From an uncultured Granulosicoccaceae bacterium (GTDB lineage: Bacteria; Pseudomonadota; Gammaproteobacteria; CALCKW01), in NCBI GenBank assembly GCA_937925815.1, contig CALAMQ010000025.1:80186-144185 (forward strand): a DNA stretch of 64,000 nt, given 5' to 3'. Below are positions 29,674 through 39,861 of this stretch, piece after piece (the stretch's first letter is position 1; each line of letters starts with the position of its first letter). The position numbers and the translations under genes were made by a program. The notes under the pieces were generated by a model. It saw only the letters and a program-made list of their open reading frames with translations. It did no database searches and was not told the DNA's origin.

Positions 29674-31044
29674 ATGAAGATTATCATTCTCGGCGCCGGC
29701 CAGGTTGGCACGGCAGTGGCCCGCAACTTGGCTGACGAGGACAACGACGTCACGATTGTAGACACCAACGCGGAGGTGTTGCGCGAGATGCAGTCGCGTC
29801 TTGATCTTCGAACCGTGGTGGGCGCGGCCTCGCACCCTGAAATTTTGCGCCGTGCGGGCGCAGATGACGCGGACATGTTGATCGCGTGCACCAGTGCCGA
29901 TGAAGTCAACATGATGGCCTGCCAAATCGCGTACACCGTGTTCCGCACACCAACAAAAATTGCGCGCGTGCGCCACAACGCCTACCGCAATGTTGAAGCG
30001 TTGTTTCACACAGACCACATCCCGGTTGATTACCTGATCAGCCCTGAGCAATTGGTGACATTACACGTCGAGCGGTTGGTCGAGCTGCCCGGCGCATTGC
30101 AGGCAATCGATTTTGCCGAGGGCAAGTTGCGTCTTATCGGTGTGCGCGCCGAGCGCGGTGGGCGCTTGGTTGGCCACAAGTTGCGCGCCTTGCGCGAACA
30201 CTTGCCGGATGTTGATTCGCGCGTTGTCGCGATTTACCGCGGTGACCACGCGATCATTCCAACCGGAGACACGGTTGTTGAACCCGATGACGAGGTCTTT
30301 TTTCTCGCAGCCCGCGCGCAGGCCTTGCAGGTCATGGAGGAGATGCGCGCGCGCGCGTTGCCCAACCGGCACGTGATGATCGCCGGTGGTGGCAATATCG
30401 GATTTCAGCTTGCAAGTCGCTTGCAGCACAACTACCGCGTCAAAGTGATTGAGCGCGACGCCGCGCGCGCCGAGTTCCTCGCAGCCGAGCTCGACTGCAT
30501 GGTGCTGCACGGCGACGCGGCGGATGTCGAGTTGATTGTTGAAGAGAACATCCAGGATATGGACGTGTTCTGTGCGCTGACCAATGACGACGAGGCCAAT
30601 ATCCTCTCGGCCATTTTGGCCAAAGACCGCGGCGCGGGCAGGGTGATGTCGCTGGTTAACCGCGTGGCTTACTCCGAACTGATCCCAACGAGCATGATTG
30701 ATGTCGCGATATCGCCTCACCAAATCACTATCGGCAACCTGCTGACCCATGTTCGCCGTGGCAATGTCGAGGCGGTGCACTCACTGCGACGTGGTGTCGC
30801 CGAAGTGATTGAGGCTATCGCCACAGGTGACAAGAAAACCTCTCGGCTGGTTGGTCGTCGAGTCGACGAAGTGGATCTTCCGCTCAACAGCACAATCGGC
30901 GCGATCGTGCGTGATGACACTGTATTGATGGCACACCGCGATATCGCCATCGAGGCAGGCGATCACTTGATCTTCTTTGTCAGTGACAAAAGGCGAATTC
31001 CAGAGATTGAACGATTGTGTCAAGTCAAGGCGACGTTTATCTAA
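29674..31044 (+). CDS. trkA: Trk potassium uptake protein TrkA (two tandem NAD-binding RCK domains)
   Basis: MKIIILGAGQVG..., a second Rossmann fold GGGNIGFQLA, and RCK_C domains. Confidence 0.92.
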   Translation: MKIIILGAGQVGTAVARNLADEDNDVTIVDTNAEVLREMQSRLDLRTVVGAASHPEILRRAGADDADMLIACTSADEVNMMACQIAYTVFRTPTKIARVRHNAYRNVEALFHTDHIPVDYLISPEQLVTLHVERLVELPGALQAIDFAEGKLRLIGVRAERGGRLVGHKLRALREHLPDVDSRVVAIYRGDHAIIPTGDTVVEPDDEVFFLAARAQALQVMEEMRARALPNRHVMIAGGGNIGFQLASRLQHNYRVKVIERDAARAEFLAAELDCMVLHGDAADVELIVEENIQDMDVFCALTNDDEANILSAILAKDRGAGRVMSLVNRVAYSELIPTSMIDVAISPHQITIGNLLTHVRRGNVEAVHSLRRGVAEVIEAIATGDKKTSRLVGRRVDEVDLPLNSTIGAIVRDDTVLMAHRDIAIEAGDHLIFFVSDKRRIPEIERLCQVKATFI

Positions 31045-31071
31045 TGGTCAATGCGCGTCTGACAGTGTGGG

Positions 31072-32526
31072 GTGTCCATGCAGCCTGATGTGATTCAGCG
31101 GGTGCTCGGTTACTTGTTGTGTCTATTTAGCAGCACAATGATTCCACCGGCCATTGTCGCGGTGCTCTATGACGAGGCAGTTGTCGGCGTTTTTGTTTGG
31201 TCCGGCCTTGCAATACTCTGCATCGGCTCGCTGATGCTCTGGCCAGTTCGCCATGTGAATCGCACGCTGCGACTTCGCGATGGTTATGTCATTGTGGTGT
31301 TGTTTTGGTTGGTGCTTAGTATCGCAGGTGCGCTGCCTTTTGTACTCTTTGCCTATCCCGAAATGAGTCTCGGGCAATCGCTTTTCGAGTCCTTCTCAGG
31401 ACTGACCACAACCGGTGCAACGGTCATGGTCGGGCTGGATCAGCTGCCAAAGGCGGTGCTGTTTTACCGCCAAGAACTGCAGTGGCTCGGCGGCATGGGA
31501 ATCATCGTACTCGCGGTGGCGGTGTTGCCAATGCTTGGCATCGGTGGCATGCAGCTCTACCAGGCCGAGGCCTCTGGGCCGACTAAAGACAGCAAGCTCA
31601 CACCGCGTATTGCGCAAACGGCCAAGGCGCTTTGGTTGATCTATCTCGGGCTTACAGTTGCTTGTGGACTCGCCTATTTTGCGGCCGGAATGGATGCCTT
31701 TGATGCGGTTGGCCATGCATTCTCAACCGTCGCAATTGGTGGATTTAGTACCCACGATGAAAGCATTGGCCACTTTGACAGTGCCGCGGTTGAATCGGTT
31801 GCAATCGTCTTTATGGTGCTTGCAGGTGTGAATTTCAGCCTGCATTTCCTCGCGGTGCGCGGCCGTGGTCTCGCGCCCTACCGTGACGACGCTGAATTTG
31901 CAGGCTATATCTGGTTCTTGTGCGGCGGTTGTCTGTTGATCGTCACCGGCTTGTTGTTTTTCACTGAATGGGGATTGGTTGATTCGGTTCGTCTTGGTGT
32001 GTTCCACGTCGTGTCGATTGCAACCACCACGGGATTTAGCACGACAGACTTTTATAACTGGCCGGGTTCATTGCCGTTCTTGTTGTTGTGCGCGAGTTTC
32101 ATTGGCGGTTGTGCGGGCTCAACCGGCGGTGGCATGAAAGTGATTCGGGTGTTGCTGTTGCTGCGCCAGGGTATGCGGGAGCTCACGCAGCTTGTGCACC
32201 CGCGTGCAAAATTGGTCGTTAAACTTGGCCACACAGCGATCCCGCCACGCGTACAAGAAGTGGTCTGGGGGTTTTTTGCAGCATATGTCGCGGTGTTTGT
32301 CGTGATCATTGCGCTCTTGCTGACTGCGGGTTTGGATCATGTCACCGCGTTTTCTGCCGCGGTTGCGAGCATGAATAATTTGGGGCCAGGCTTGAGTGAG
32401 GTGGGTGCCAACTACGCGAGCTTAGGCGATTTCCCGCTGCTGGTGTTGAGCTTCGCGATGCTCATGGGGCGCCTTGAGATTTTTACGCTGTTGGTGTTAT
32501 TTACACCGGCGTTCTGGCGGCGATAA
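31072..32526 (+). CDS. trkH: Trk potassium transporter TrkH
   Basis: Near-colinear with E. coli TrkH (SFSGLTTTGATV, LQWLGGMGIIVLAVA, GGCAGSTGGGMKVIR). Confidence 0.92.
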   Translation: MSMQPDVIQRVLGYLLCLFSSTMIPPAIVAVLYDEAVVGVFVWSGLAILCIGSLMLWPVRHVNRTLRLRDGYVIVVLFWLVLSIAGALPFVLFAYPEMSLGQSLFESFSGLTTTGATVMVGLDQLPKAVLFYRQELQWLGGMGIIVLAVAVLPMLGIGGMQLYQAEASGPTKDSKLTPRIAQTAKALWLIYLGLTVACGLAYFAAGMDAFDAVGHAFSTVAIGGFSTHDESIGHFDSAAVESVAIVFMVLAGVNFSLHFLAVRGRGLAPYRDDAEFAGYIWFLCGGCLLIVTGLLFFTEWGLVDSVRLGVFHVVSIATTTGFSTTDFYNWPGSLPFLLLCASFIGGCAGSTGGGMKVIRVLLLLRQGMRELTQLVHPRAKLVVKLGHTAIPPRVQEVVWGFFAAYVAVFVVIIALLLTAGLDHVTAFSAAVASMNNLGPGLSEVGANYASLGDFPLLVLSFAMLMGRLEIFTLLVLFTPAFWRR

Positions 32527-32606
32527 GTGTGGTTGCGCCGGATGACACTGCGCGCACCGGTGCGCGCAGCGGGCAGAACCTTGGTGTGAGCGCTTCAGTG
32601 ACGCGA

Positions 32607-33524
32607 GCGATGTTCACACCACGTCAATTGGCCGTGTGGCTGGGGCTTTGCGCCTTGAGTCTGATCTGGTTGCTGCCGGTACGACTGCGTGATGCGCTGG
32701 CGTGCGGCATCGGCAAAGCGCATTACCGCTACGCGCGTCGCCATTTTCGCGCCGGGCGGCGCAATCTACGCGCTTGCTTTCCAGCGATGTCAGCTGCGGA
32801 AATTGATGCGTTGTTGCAAGAGCACAGTATGACGCAGTGGTGCGTGTGGCTCGATTTGCCTGCCTTCTGGATGAGTTCTAATGGACGCCGTGGCGCACGC
32901 ACAGTGTTTGAAGGACTCGAGATCTTGCAAGCGCGGGCAAAAGCCGAGCAGCCGACGGTGTTGTTGGTTTGCCACAACGCTGCGCTCGAACACGCAGCAC
33001 ATGCTTTAAAGGGGGTGCTGCCAGTTGTTGGCTACTACAAGCCTTTCAAATCCCCAGTGCTTGAGTGGTTGTTCTTGCGCCTGCGCAAGCGCGGCGACAG
33101 CGTGATGATTGGGCGTGATACACCGTTGCACGGTTTGATAAAGGCTGTGCGCGGCGGTCGGCAGTTGTACCAGATGATCGATGAAGACCTCGGTGTACCC
33201 GCCGGCGAGTTCGCGTCTTTTTTCTCGACCGAGTTGTGTACGGTTATTGGTACTGGCCGGATATGCAGGGTAGCTGGCGCGGCTGCGTTCCCGGTTTTCA
33301 GTGGCTATGACCGGGCTGAGCGGTGCTACCGCGTTCGCGTTCTCCCGCCGCTCGATGATTTTCCAGCGGCGGCTCGGAGGGATATTGCACAGCAAACTGC
33401 GCAGTGCCTCGAGGCGTTGATCGAAGTGGACCGTTCGCAGTTTATGTGGTGCCAGCGAATGCTGCACACGCGTCGCGATGGCGCCGAGAGTGTCTACGCC
33501 GGTATCAGAACCTCAGCTGACTGA
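32607..33524 (+). CDS. Lysophospholipid/lipid A acyltransferase (LpxL/HtrB family)
   Basis: An N-terminal TM segment, followed by the family HX4D block (VLLVCHNAALE) and a conserved downstream block, as in LpxL-type late acyltransferases. The start is chosen at MFTPRQLAVW. Confidence 0.6.
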   Translation, partial: AMFTPRQLAVWLGLCALSLIWLLPVRLRDALACGIGKAHYRYARRHFRAGRRNLRACFPAMSAAEIDALLQEHSMTQWCVWLDLPAFWMSSNGRRGARTVFEGLEILQARAKAEQPTVLLVCHNAALEHAAHALKGVLPVVGYYKPFKSPVLEWLFLRLRKRGDSVMIGRDTPLHGLIKAVRGGRQLYQMIDEDLGVPAGEFASFFSTELCTVIGTGRICRVAGAAAFPVFSGYDRAERCYRVRVLPPLDDFPAAARRDIAQQTAQCLEALIEVDRSQFMWCQRMLHTRRDGAESVYAGIRTSAD

Positions 33525-33551
33525 TTTTTTAGCGGTGGGTGATATTGGAGG

Positions 33552-33860
33552 TCAGTCTTTGCGATTGTTGTAGCGGCTCAGAGACGTGTCGATGATGTCG
33601 ATCGCAGCAGATGTGGTCGCTGGAAAACTCAGCGCGTCTGCGTTGGCAAATGAGTTTGTGTTGACGTGTTGCACGTTTAGGCGAGTCGTCGGCCTGGTCG
33701 CGCCTTCTGTCGGGGCGGTATCGCGCTTGCGGCTGCGAAGCCTTAACACCTTATCTGCTTGCGCGGTGGTTTCTTCGTCCAAGGTCGGGGCAGGGCCAAG
33801 TGATGCTGCGAGACCACTTAGTGTGATTTTTCCACCGATGGTGTTCTTGAGATTTGACAT
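33552..33860 (-). CDS. Hypothetical 102-aa protein, Ser/Thr/Ala-rich, no recognisable family
   Basis: ORF only, with low-complexity composition. It could be non-coding. Confidence 0.25.
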   Translation of the reverse strand: MSNLKNTIGGKITLSGLAASLGPAPTLDEETTAQADKVLRLRSRKRDTAPTEGATRPTTRLNVQHVNTNSFANADALSFPATTSAAIDIIDTSLSRYNNRKD

Positions 33861-34172
33861 AGCTTCTGCTCAATTGTTAGGAGTGACCCTGCCTGGGTCT
33901 GAGAATTCATGTCGGCGCTAAAAAATCAGTGCCGTGTGTGTTGAGTGCGGAGCCAGTCTAAGTGGGTGGTTGGTTGAAAAATGTGACCTGCGTCAAATTT
34001 GCATCAGTTAGACGCGATTAGTGATGCGATTTTGATACAGATGCAACGCGCGGCAGCGTGGTTTACGCGTCAACAGGCGTTGTTTTGGCGCCGGTGCCGG
34101 GCATTTTCTACGCGTCGAATGCGTATAGGCTGTGTCGATCTCTGGTGTGGGCGCGTGTGACGCGGTCTGTGC

Positions 34173-35705
34173 TCAGAAATCCGTGGCGACGCCGCCCTCG
34201 CCTATGCGGCGATCCACAAAGTTATCGAGCGACGCACGCACTGACGCATCCATTGGGGGTTCGCGGTATTCGCTGAGGGCTTGCTTCCAAATGCGATTGG
34301 CTGCTTCGTGTGCTTTTGGACTGCCCATTTCGGCCCATGACTCAGAGTTGCGCCAATCGGACACCATCGGCGCATAGAACGCGTCCGTGTAACGCGATTG
34401 CGTGTGATCGGTGCCAAAGAAGTGACCGCCCGGTCCGACTTGGGCAATGGTGTCGAGTGCGAGTTCATCGGTGTTGATCGTGACTGGCTGCAGGTAGGCC
34501 GCGACCATCTGCAATAAGTCGCAATCAATGATGAATTTCTCGAACGAGGCAGACAGGCCGCCTTCCATCCAACCCGCGCCGTGCATCAGCATGTTGCAGC
34601 CACCGTTAATTGCGCCCCAGAGAGAGAACACGGATTCGTATGCCGCTTGTGCGTCGACCGCGTTGGCGGCGTTGACGTTGGACGAGCGGTACGGCAGCCC
34701 GTAACGGCGTGCGAGCTGGCCACCAATTTGCGCAGATTTCATGTATTCCGGGGTGCCAAATGCCGGTGCACCCGATCGCATGTCGACGTTTGAAGTGAAT
34801 CCCCCGTAGACCACGGGTGAGCCCGGCCGGACCCACTGTGTCAGTGCGATGCCAGCTAGCGCTTCAGCGTTTTGTTGAACCAGAGCGCCTGCGAGCGAGA
34901 CCGGTGCCATTGCGCCTGCAAGCGTGAACGGTGTGATCACCGAAACTTGATTGTGACGCGCCATTTCAATCAGACCCTCGGACATCGGCACATCGAGCGT
35001 CAGCGGCGAATTGATATTGATGATGGTGAAAAGGCTCGGTTGGGAATTGAGGGTTTCCCAATCCACTCCGCGTGCGATGCGCGTGATTTCCAGCGCGTCG
35101 AGCACACGCTCACGGCCGAGCGAATAGCAGTGGAAAGGCTTGTCACTCAAGGTGCAAAAGTCGCGCAGACACTCGAGGTGTCGAATGCCACTTGGGATGT
35201 CCACGGGCTCAACTGGGTATCCGCCGTGCAGGTGGATAATGTTGAAATACTGGCTTAACCGTGTGAAATTTCGAAAATCTATCTGGCTACCGCTGCGCCT
35301 GCCACCGTCTAAATCGTGGGCGTTGGGGGCGCTTGCGACGGCGCAAAACGCGAGGGCATCGCCACCCATGCGCACCGATCGTTCAGGGTTGCGCGCGTGC
35401 AGCGTGAATTCGCTTGGCGCTTTGGATACCGCGTCGAGCACCGCGCGTCGAGGCAGTCGCACGCGGGTGCCGTCAATGTCTGCGCCGGCGGCGCGGTAGA
35501 TTTCACGCGCTTCGTCTGCCAGTACAGCCACACCGACGCGTTCGAGAATGTCGAGCGATGCCTCATGCAGGGAGTCGAGCTCAGCGGTGGAGAGGATGTT
35601 TGACGGGGCATAGTGCCGCTTCAAGGCCTGCGACGGGGACTGTGGCAGAGCCGAGGGCGCGCTGCGTCGACCGCGGCGGCGCGATCGGGGTTTGCTGTTT
35701 GACAT
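34173..35705 (-). CDS. MttB-superfamily (trimethylamine methyltransferase family, non-pyrrolysine) methyltransferase; probably a glycine betaine / quaternary-amine methyltransferase
   Basis: Full-length TIM-barrel MttB family (COG5598) match. The Arg-rich N-terminus RRRGRRSA is typical of the family. No in-frame TAG. The start is chosen at the Met at 35705. Confidence 0.8.
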   Translation of the reverse strand: MSNSKPRSRRRGRRSAPSALPQSPSQALKRHYAPSNILSTAELDSLHEASLDILERVGVAVLADEAREIYRAAGADIDGTRVRLPRRAVLDAVSKAPSEFTLHARNPERSVRMGGDALAFCAVASAPNAHDLDGGRRSGSQIDFRNFTRLSQYFNIIHLHGGYPVEPVDIPSGIRHLECLRDFCTLSDKPFHCYSLGRERVLDALEITRIARGVDWETLNSQPSLFTIININSPLTLDVPMSEGLIEMARHNQVSVITPFTLAGAMAPVSLAGALVQQNAEALAGIALTQWVRPGSPVVYGGFTSNVDMRSGAPAFGTPEYMKSAQIGGQLARRYGLPYRSSNVNAANAVDAQAAYESVFSLWGAINGGCNMLMHGAGWMEGGLSASFEKFIIDCDLLQMVAAYLQPVTINTDELALDTIAQVGPGGHFFGTDHTQSRYTDAFYAPMVSDWRNSESWAEMGSPKAHEAANRIWKQALSEYREPPMDASVRASLDNFVDRRIGEGGVATDF

Positions 35706-35967
35706 AAGTTGCAACGCAATGAGCGAGACCGCAAATAATAAAGACACGCAGTCTGCTTTGATGGTGACATAGCGACTAGGCTTGCGACATTACAAATGCA
35801 GACCAAGTCAGCGGTACCTGAACCAATTTGTTACCATTTGGAACATAGCTCAGATCGAGCATTCGACTTGCCGTCGTGGTACGCGTCGTAAAGGGATTGG
35901 ATACACGGATGTCCGTTTCCAGCGATGGATCGGCATCAACATCCCCGTAGCTTTTGGGATTGCTGAT

Positions 35968-37125
35968 ATGAATTTTCCCGACAAAATTGTCACCGATATT
36001 TACGATGCGGCGAGTGACCCCAATTCATGGTTTCCAGCGCTTGATGCCTGCGCTGTGTTCGTCGGGTCGCGCAGCGCTAATCTCATGTTTCATGACACCG
36101 AAGAACAGTCCAACTGGCGCTTCAATGCCGGCAGTGAGCTGTGGCGTTCATTGACGCAAGATCAGGTCAAAATGTTCGAGACTTTTTTCTGGAAATACGA
36201 CCTTGAGCCGTGGGAATTTGTGCACCGTCACCAAAAGCAGAGCGTATTGGTTGATGGAGATTACTACCGCGACGATGAAGCCTTAAAACGCCGCGAAGAC
36301 TACATGTACTACCGCGATATCATGCATGTGTTTCGCCGCGCAGGGGCCAAACTCAACGACAACCTGTGCTGGAGCGACAACATTGCGTTTCAATTCAGCG
36401 CAGATCACGACGCGGTGCCGAGTGAGTCCATTTCACGCATCCAAATGATCTTGCCGCACGCGGCGAAATCGGTGGAAACTTGGCACACCTTTGCGCAGCT
36501 AAAACGCAAGAACAACACCCTGCTGTCGATGCTCGATCAACTGGATGTCGGCATGTGTGTTGTGCGATCGGACGGCACGCTGATCGACGGCAACACCGAA
36601 GCGCACCGCATTCTCGATGCCTGCGATGGCTTGATGCTCGACAGCGATGACAAACTCACTTGCACTGATTCAACGCTGTCCGCCGAAATGCGCCAAGCGT
36701 GTAAAGAAGTCTCTGACACCGCTATTGGGTCGGGTCAGACGGTGGAGTGGATGCGCTCTGTTAAGCGCCGTGCGACCGATCAGTCTTTGCTGCTAGAAGT
36801 GGCCCCCATTCGTGATACCGATGGTGACCTCGGACGCGAGTGGGGCGGTGCATTTGTCACCATCATTGATCCGCTGAATCCCGCGCCCTTTGACGCGCGG
36901 CGCATGTCGGTTGCCTACGGTCTCACGCCCACTGAAACAGAAGTGTGCAAACTTCTTGTTCAGGGACGCACAAAAAGTGAGATCGCTGAGATTCGCAACG
37001 TCTCTGAACACACGGTTAAAGTGCAGGTCAAATCCATCTACCGCCGGACCAACACTCACCGCATCGGTGAGTTGATTCGCTTGGTGCTCAAGAGCAGTCC
37101 GCCAATTCGGCGTGGCATGGGGTAG
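35968..37125 (+). CDS. LuxR-family transcriptional regulator (N-terminal sensor domain + C-terminal LuxR HTH)
   Basis: The C-terminus LTPTETEVCKLLVQGRTKSEIAEIRNVSEHTVKVQVKSIYRRT is a LuxR/GerE HTH. The ATG at 35968 is chosen; the ORF-track start at 35782 is an over-extension. Confidence 0.75.
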   Translation: MNFPDKIVTDIYDAASDPNSWFPALDACAVFVGSRSANLMFHDTEEQSNWRFNAGSELWRSLTQDQVKMFETFFWKYDLEPWEFVHRHQKQSVLVDGDYYRDDEALKRREDYMYYRDIMHVFRRAGAKLNDNLCWSDNIAFQFSADHDAVPSESISRIQMILPHAAKSVETWHTFAQLKRKNNTLLSMLDQLDVGMCVVRSDGTLIDGNTEAHRILDACDGLMLDSDDKLTCTDSTLSAEMRQACKEVSDTAIGSGQTVEWMRSVKRRATDQSLLLEVAPIRDTDGDLGREWGGAFVTIIDPLNPAPFDARRMSVAYGLTPTETEVCKLLVQGRTKSEIAEIRNVSEHTVKVQVKSIYRRTNTHRIGELIRLVLKSSPPIRRGMG

Positions 37126-37165
37126 TTGGGGCCGCTGGCCCCCAGTCTTGAGTGGGCCTAGAGAT

Positions 37166-39724
37166 TCAGCCGCGCATTCGCGCGCCCTGTGGATCAAATA
37201 GCGGCTCGATTTCGAGTGTCGCCGGACAGCGCTTGCCGAGGATTTCTACCTCAAATTCTGTGTTGGGACGCGTGATCAAAGACGCGGGAATATAGCCTTG
37301 CGCAAGTGAGGCACCAACGCCGTGGCCGTACCCACCCGATGTTACCCAACCAACCACCTGCCAATTGCCATCGCGCTGCACGTTGGGTTTGGGGTGGTCG
37401 TTGTTAGCGTCGTCAAAGCGACGCGCGCCGTAGCCGTGGGGTGGTGTGATCGCAGTGTCGACGTCGTGTTCGAGCTGCGCCCAAATCGGTTCGTGTGCCA
37501 TCACGTCTGTGCGCTTGGTGTCGATATTGAAGGTTACTCGGCGTAATCGACCACCGGTTTTCGCCTCCGCTGCAGCCGCGCTGCGGCCGATAAAGGCACC
37601 CTTGTCCAATTTCACAAAGCGTCCAAGATCTGCCTCGTAAGGCCCGTAGAGTGGGCGCAACTCGGCAAACCAGGTTGGGAAGTTTTTCTCAAGGCGCATG
37701 GACAGCAGTGCGCGCATACCGAAATCTGCTACCCCAAGATCTGCGCCCAAGCGTTTGATTTCGGTGTAGATGCGTCGCTCGTAACACGGCTCCATCCAAA
37801 TCTCAAAGCCGAGGTCGCCGGTATAGCTGATGCGGTTGATTTGCGCCGGACAGCCGGCCACATCCATCTCGCGGTAGTGCATGAATGGCAGGCTTGCATT
37901 GTCGACCGGCCAGTCGCATAAGCGGCTCAGCAGCTCGCGTGATGCTGGGCCTGCAATGGAGAGCCCAACGAGGGTCTGACCAAAGCGGTGGATTGAAACA
38001 GATCCATCCGTAGGCAGGTGTTTCTCGAACCAACGCGTGTGATAAATCTGTGCTCCGGAAGAACCCCACACGATGTAGCGCTCTGGCGATGCGCAGGCAA
38101 CGGTGAAGTCGCCGATAAGCTTGCCCTGCGGGTTCAGCATTGGGGTCAGGCACAGGCGCCCAGGTGCGGGCAACTGGTTGGTCATCAAGCGGTCCAAGAA
38201 AGCGCGAGCGCCGGACCCTGTGATGGCGTATTTCGCGAAATTTGCAATTTCTGTCACACCCACGGCATTGCGAACCGCTTGGACCTCGCGGCCCACGTGT
38301 TTGAAATCGGTGCTGCGGTGAAAACTTGGTACGTCTTCAGCGGCCGCACCCTCAGGTGCAAACCACAAGGGTGTCTCCAGACCCCAGCTGTCTCCCATGA
38401 CCGCGTTATTGTCGCGCGTCATGATGTCGTAGAGTGGGGTGGTTTGTTGGGGTCGTGCGGCCGGCAGTTCTTCATTGGGAAAGGAGATGGAAAAGCGGCG
38501 CGAGTAATTTTCACGCACTTTTGCATTGGTGTAGCGAAGGGATGTGAAGTCACCGTAGCGCGCGACGTCCATCCCGAAGACGTCAAAACCCGGATCACCG
38601 TCCACCATCCAGTTGGATAAGGCAAGGCCGACACCGCCACCTTGGCTGAATCCTGCCATCACCGCGCAGGCTGACCAAAAATTGGTGAGCCCCTGAACGG
38701 GTCCAACTAATGGGTTGCCGTCTGGGGCGAAGGTGAACGGTCCGTTGACGACTTTGCGGATACCAGCGGTCTCAAACGCTGGGAAATGGCGATAGCCGAT
38801 TTCGAGTGAGGGACTGATACGGTCCAGGTCTTCTTGCAGCAATTCGCTACCAAAATCCCACGGCGTTTCGCGTGGAGACCACGGCACGCAGGCCCGCTCG
38901 TAAGTGCCGAGCAAAATGCCGTTGCGCTCCTGGCGGGTATAGATTTCGCCCTTGAAGTCGATTGCGGCGACCAGTTCTCGACCGGTTCTAGCGTTAAATT
39001 CTTGTACTGCTGGCAAGTCGTCAGTCAGCAGATACATGTGCTCCATCGCGAGCACAGGCAGCTCCAATCCGACCATTCGACCAACTTCTCGCGCCCACAA
39101 GCCGCCAGCGTTGACGACATGTTCACACTGAACAGTGCCGTGGTTGGTGTGCACGGACCACTTGCCGTCGGCAGTTTGTTCAATGGCGGTGACCGGATTT
39201 TGAAGCGAAATTTCAGCGCCGAGCTTCTGCGCGGCACGCGCGTAGGCGTGGGTTGTGCCCGAGGGATCGAGGTGGCCCTCGACAGGATCCCACAGCGCGC
39301 CGACAAAGTGGCTTTCATCCATCAGCGGATTGAGGACCTTCGCCTCAGCCGGCGTGATGATCTCGGTCTCCATGCCAAGTGCTCGCCCGGTGGCGTGCAC
39401 GTAGCGCAAGAAATCCATTCGCTCGGGGGTGTCTGCGAGCATCACACCGCCTGTTAAGTGCAGTCCGCAGCTCAGGCCTGTCAGCTCTTCCAGTTCTTGG
39501 TAGAGCGTGACGGTGTACGCCTGCAATTGCGCAACGTTGGGGTCACCGTTCAAGGTGTGAAAACCGCCTGCGGCGTGCCAGGAGCTGCCGGCTGTGAGCT
39601 CGGCGCGCTCGATTAGCAGGGTGTCAGTCCAACCCGCGCGCGCGAGGTGGTAGAGGACAGAACAGCCGACGACGCCGCCTCCGATAACAACGGCTCTGGC
39701 ATGTGATTTCACGTGTGCATCCAA
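37166..39724 (-). CDS. Dimethylglycine/sarcosine dehydrogenase family protein (FAD oxidase domain + GcvT-like folate-binding domain)
   Basis: AVVIGGGVVGCSVLYHLA FAD motif in a DAO domain. The C-terminal aminomethyltransferase-like domain has GYGHGVGASLAQGYI. Length 852 aa. Confidence 0.88.
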   Translation of the reverse strand: MDAHVKSHARAVVIGGGVVGCSVLYHLARAGWTDTLLIERAELTAGSSWHAAGGFHTLNGDPNVAQLQAYTVTLYQELEELTGLSCGLHLTGGVMLADTPERMDFLRYVHATGRALGMETEIITPAEAKVLNPLMDESHFVGALWDPVEGHLDPSGTTHAYARAAQKLGAEISLQNPVTAIEQTADGKWSVHTNHGTVQCEHVVNAGGLWAREVGRMVGLELPVLAMEHMYLLTDDLPAVQEFNARTGRELVAAIDFKGEIYTRQERNGILLGTYERACVPWSPRETPWDFGSELLQEDLDRISPSLEIGYRHFPAFETAGIRKVVNGPFTFAPDGNPLVGPVQGLTNFWSACAVMAGFSQGGGVGLALSNWMVDGDPGFDVFGMDVARYGDFTSLRYTNAKVRENYSRRFSISFPNEELPAARPQQTTPLYDIMTRDNNAVMGDSWGLETPLWFAPEGAAAEDVPSFHRSTDFKHVGREVQAVRNAVGVTEIANFAKYAITGSGARAFLDRLMTNQLPAPGRLCLTPMLNPQGKLIGDFTVACASPERYIVWGSSGAQIYHTRWFEKHLPTDGSVSIHRFGQTLVGLSIAGPASRELLSRLCDWPVDNASLPFMHYREMDVAGCPAQINRISYTGDLGFEIWMEPCYERRIYTEIKRLGADLGVADFGMRALLSMRLEKNFPTWFAELRPLYGPYEADLGRFVKLDKGAFIGRSAAAAEAKTGGRLRRVTFNIDTKRTDVMAHEPIWAQLEHDVDTAITPPHGYGARRFDDANNDHPKPNVQRDGNWQVVGWVTSGGYGHGVGASLAQGYIPASLITRPNTEFEVEILGKRCPATLEIEPLFDPQGARMRG

Positions 39725-39861
39725 AACTGTGAGGTCAGGGTCAGTCTAGCGATACCCGCCCAGCTGATCTTTTCTGTGTGCGGCGTGCGGCGCGCAGTGG
39801 ATTGGGTGTGTTGTCAGAGCTGGTAGAATGCACGTTTTGCTGCACAAGGCGGGTTGGCTGG

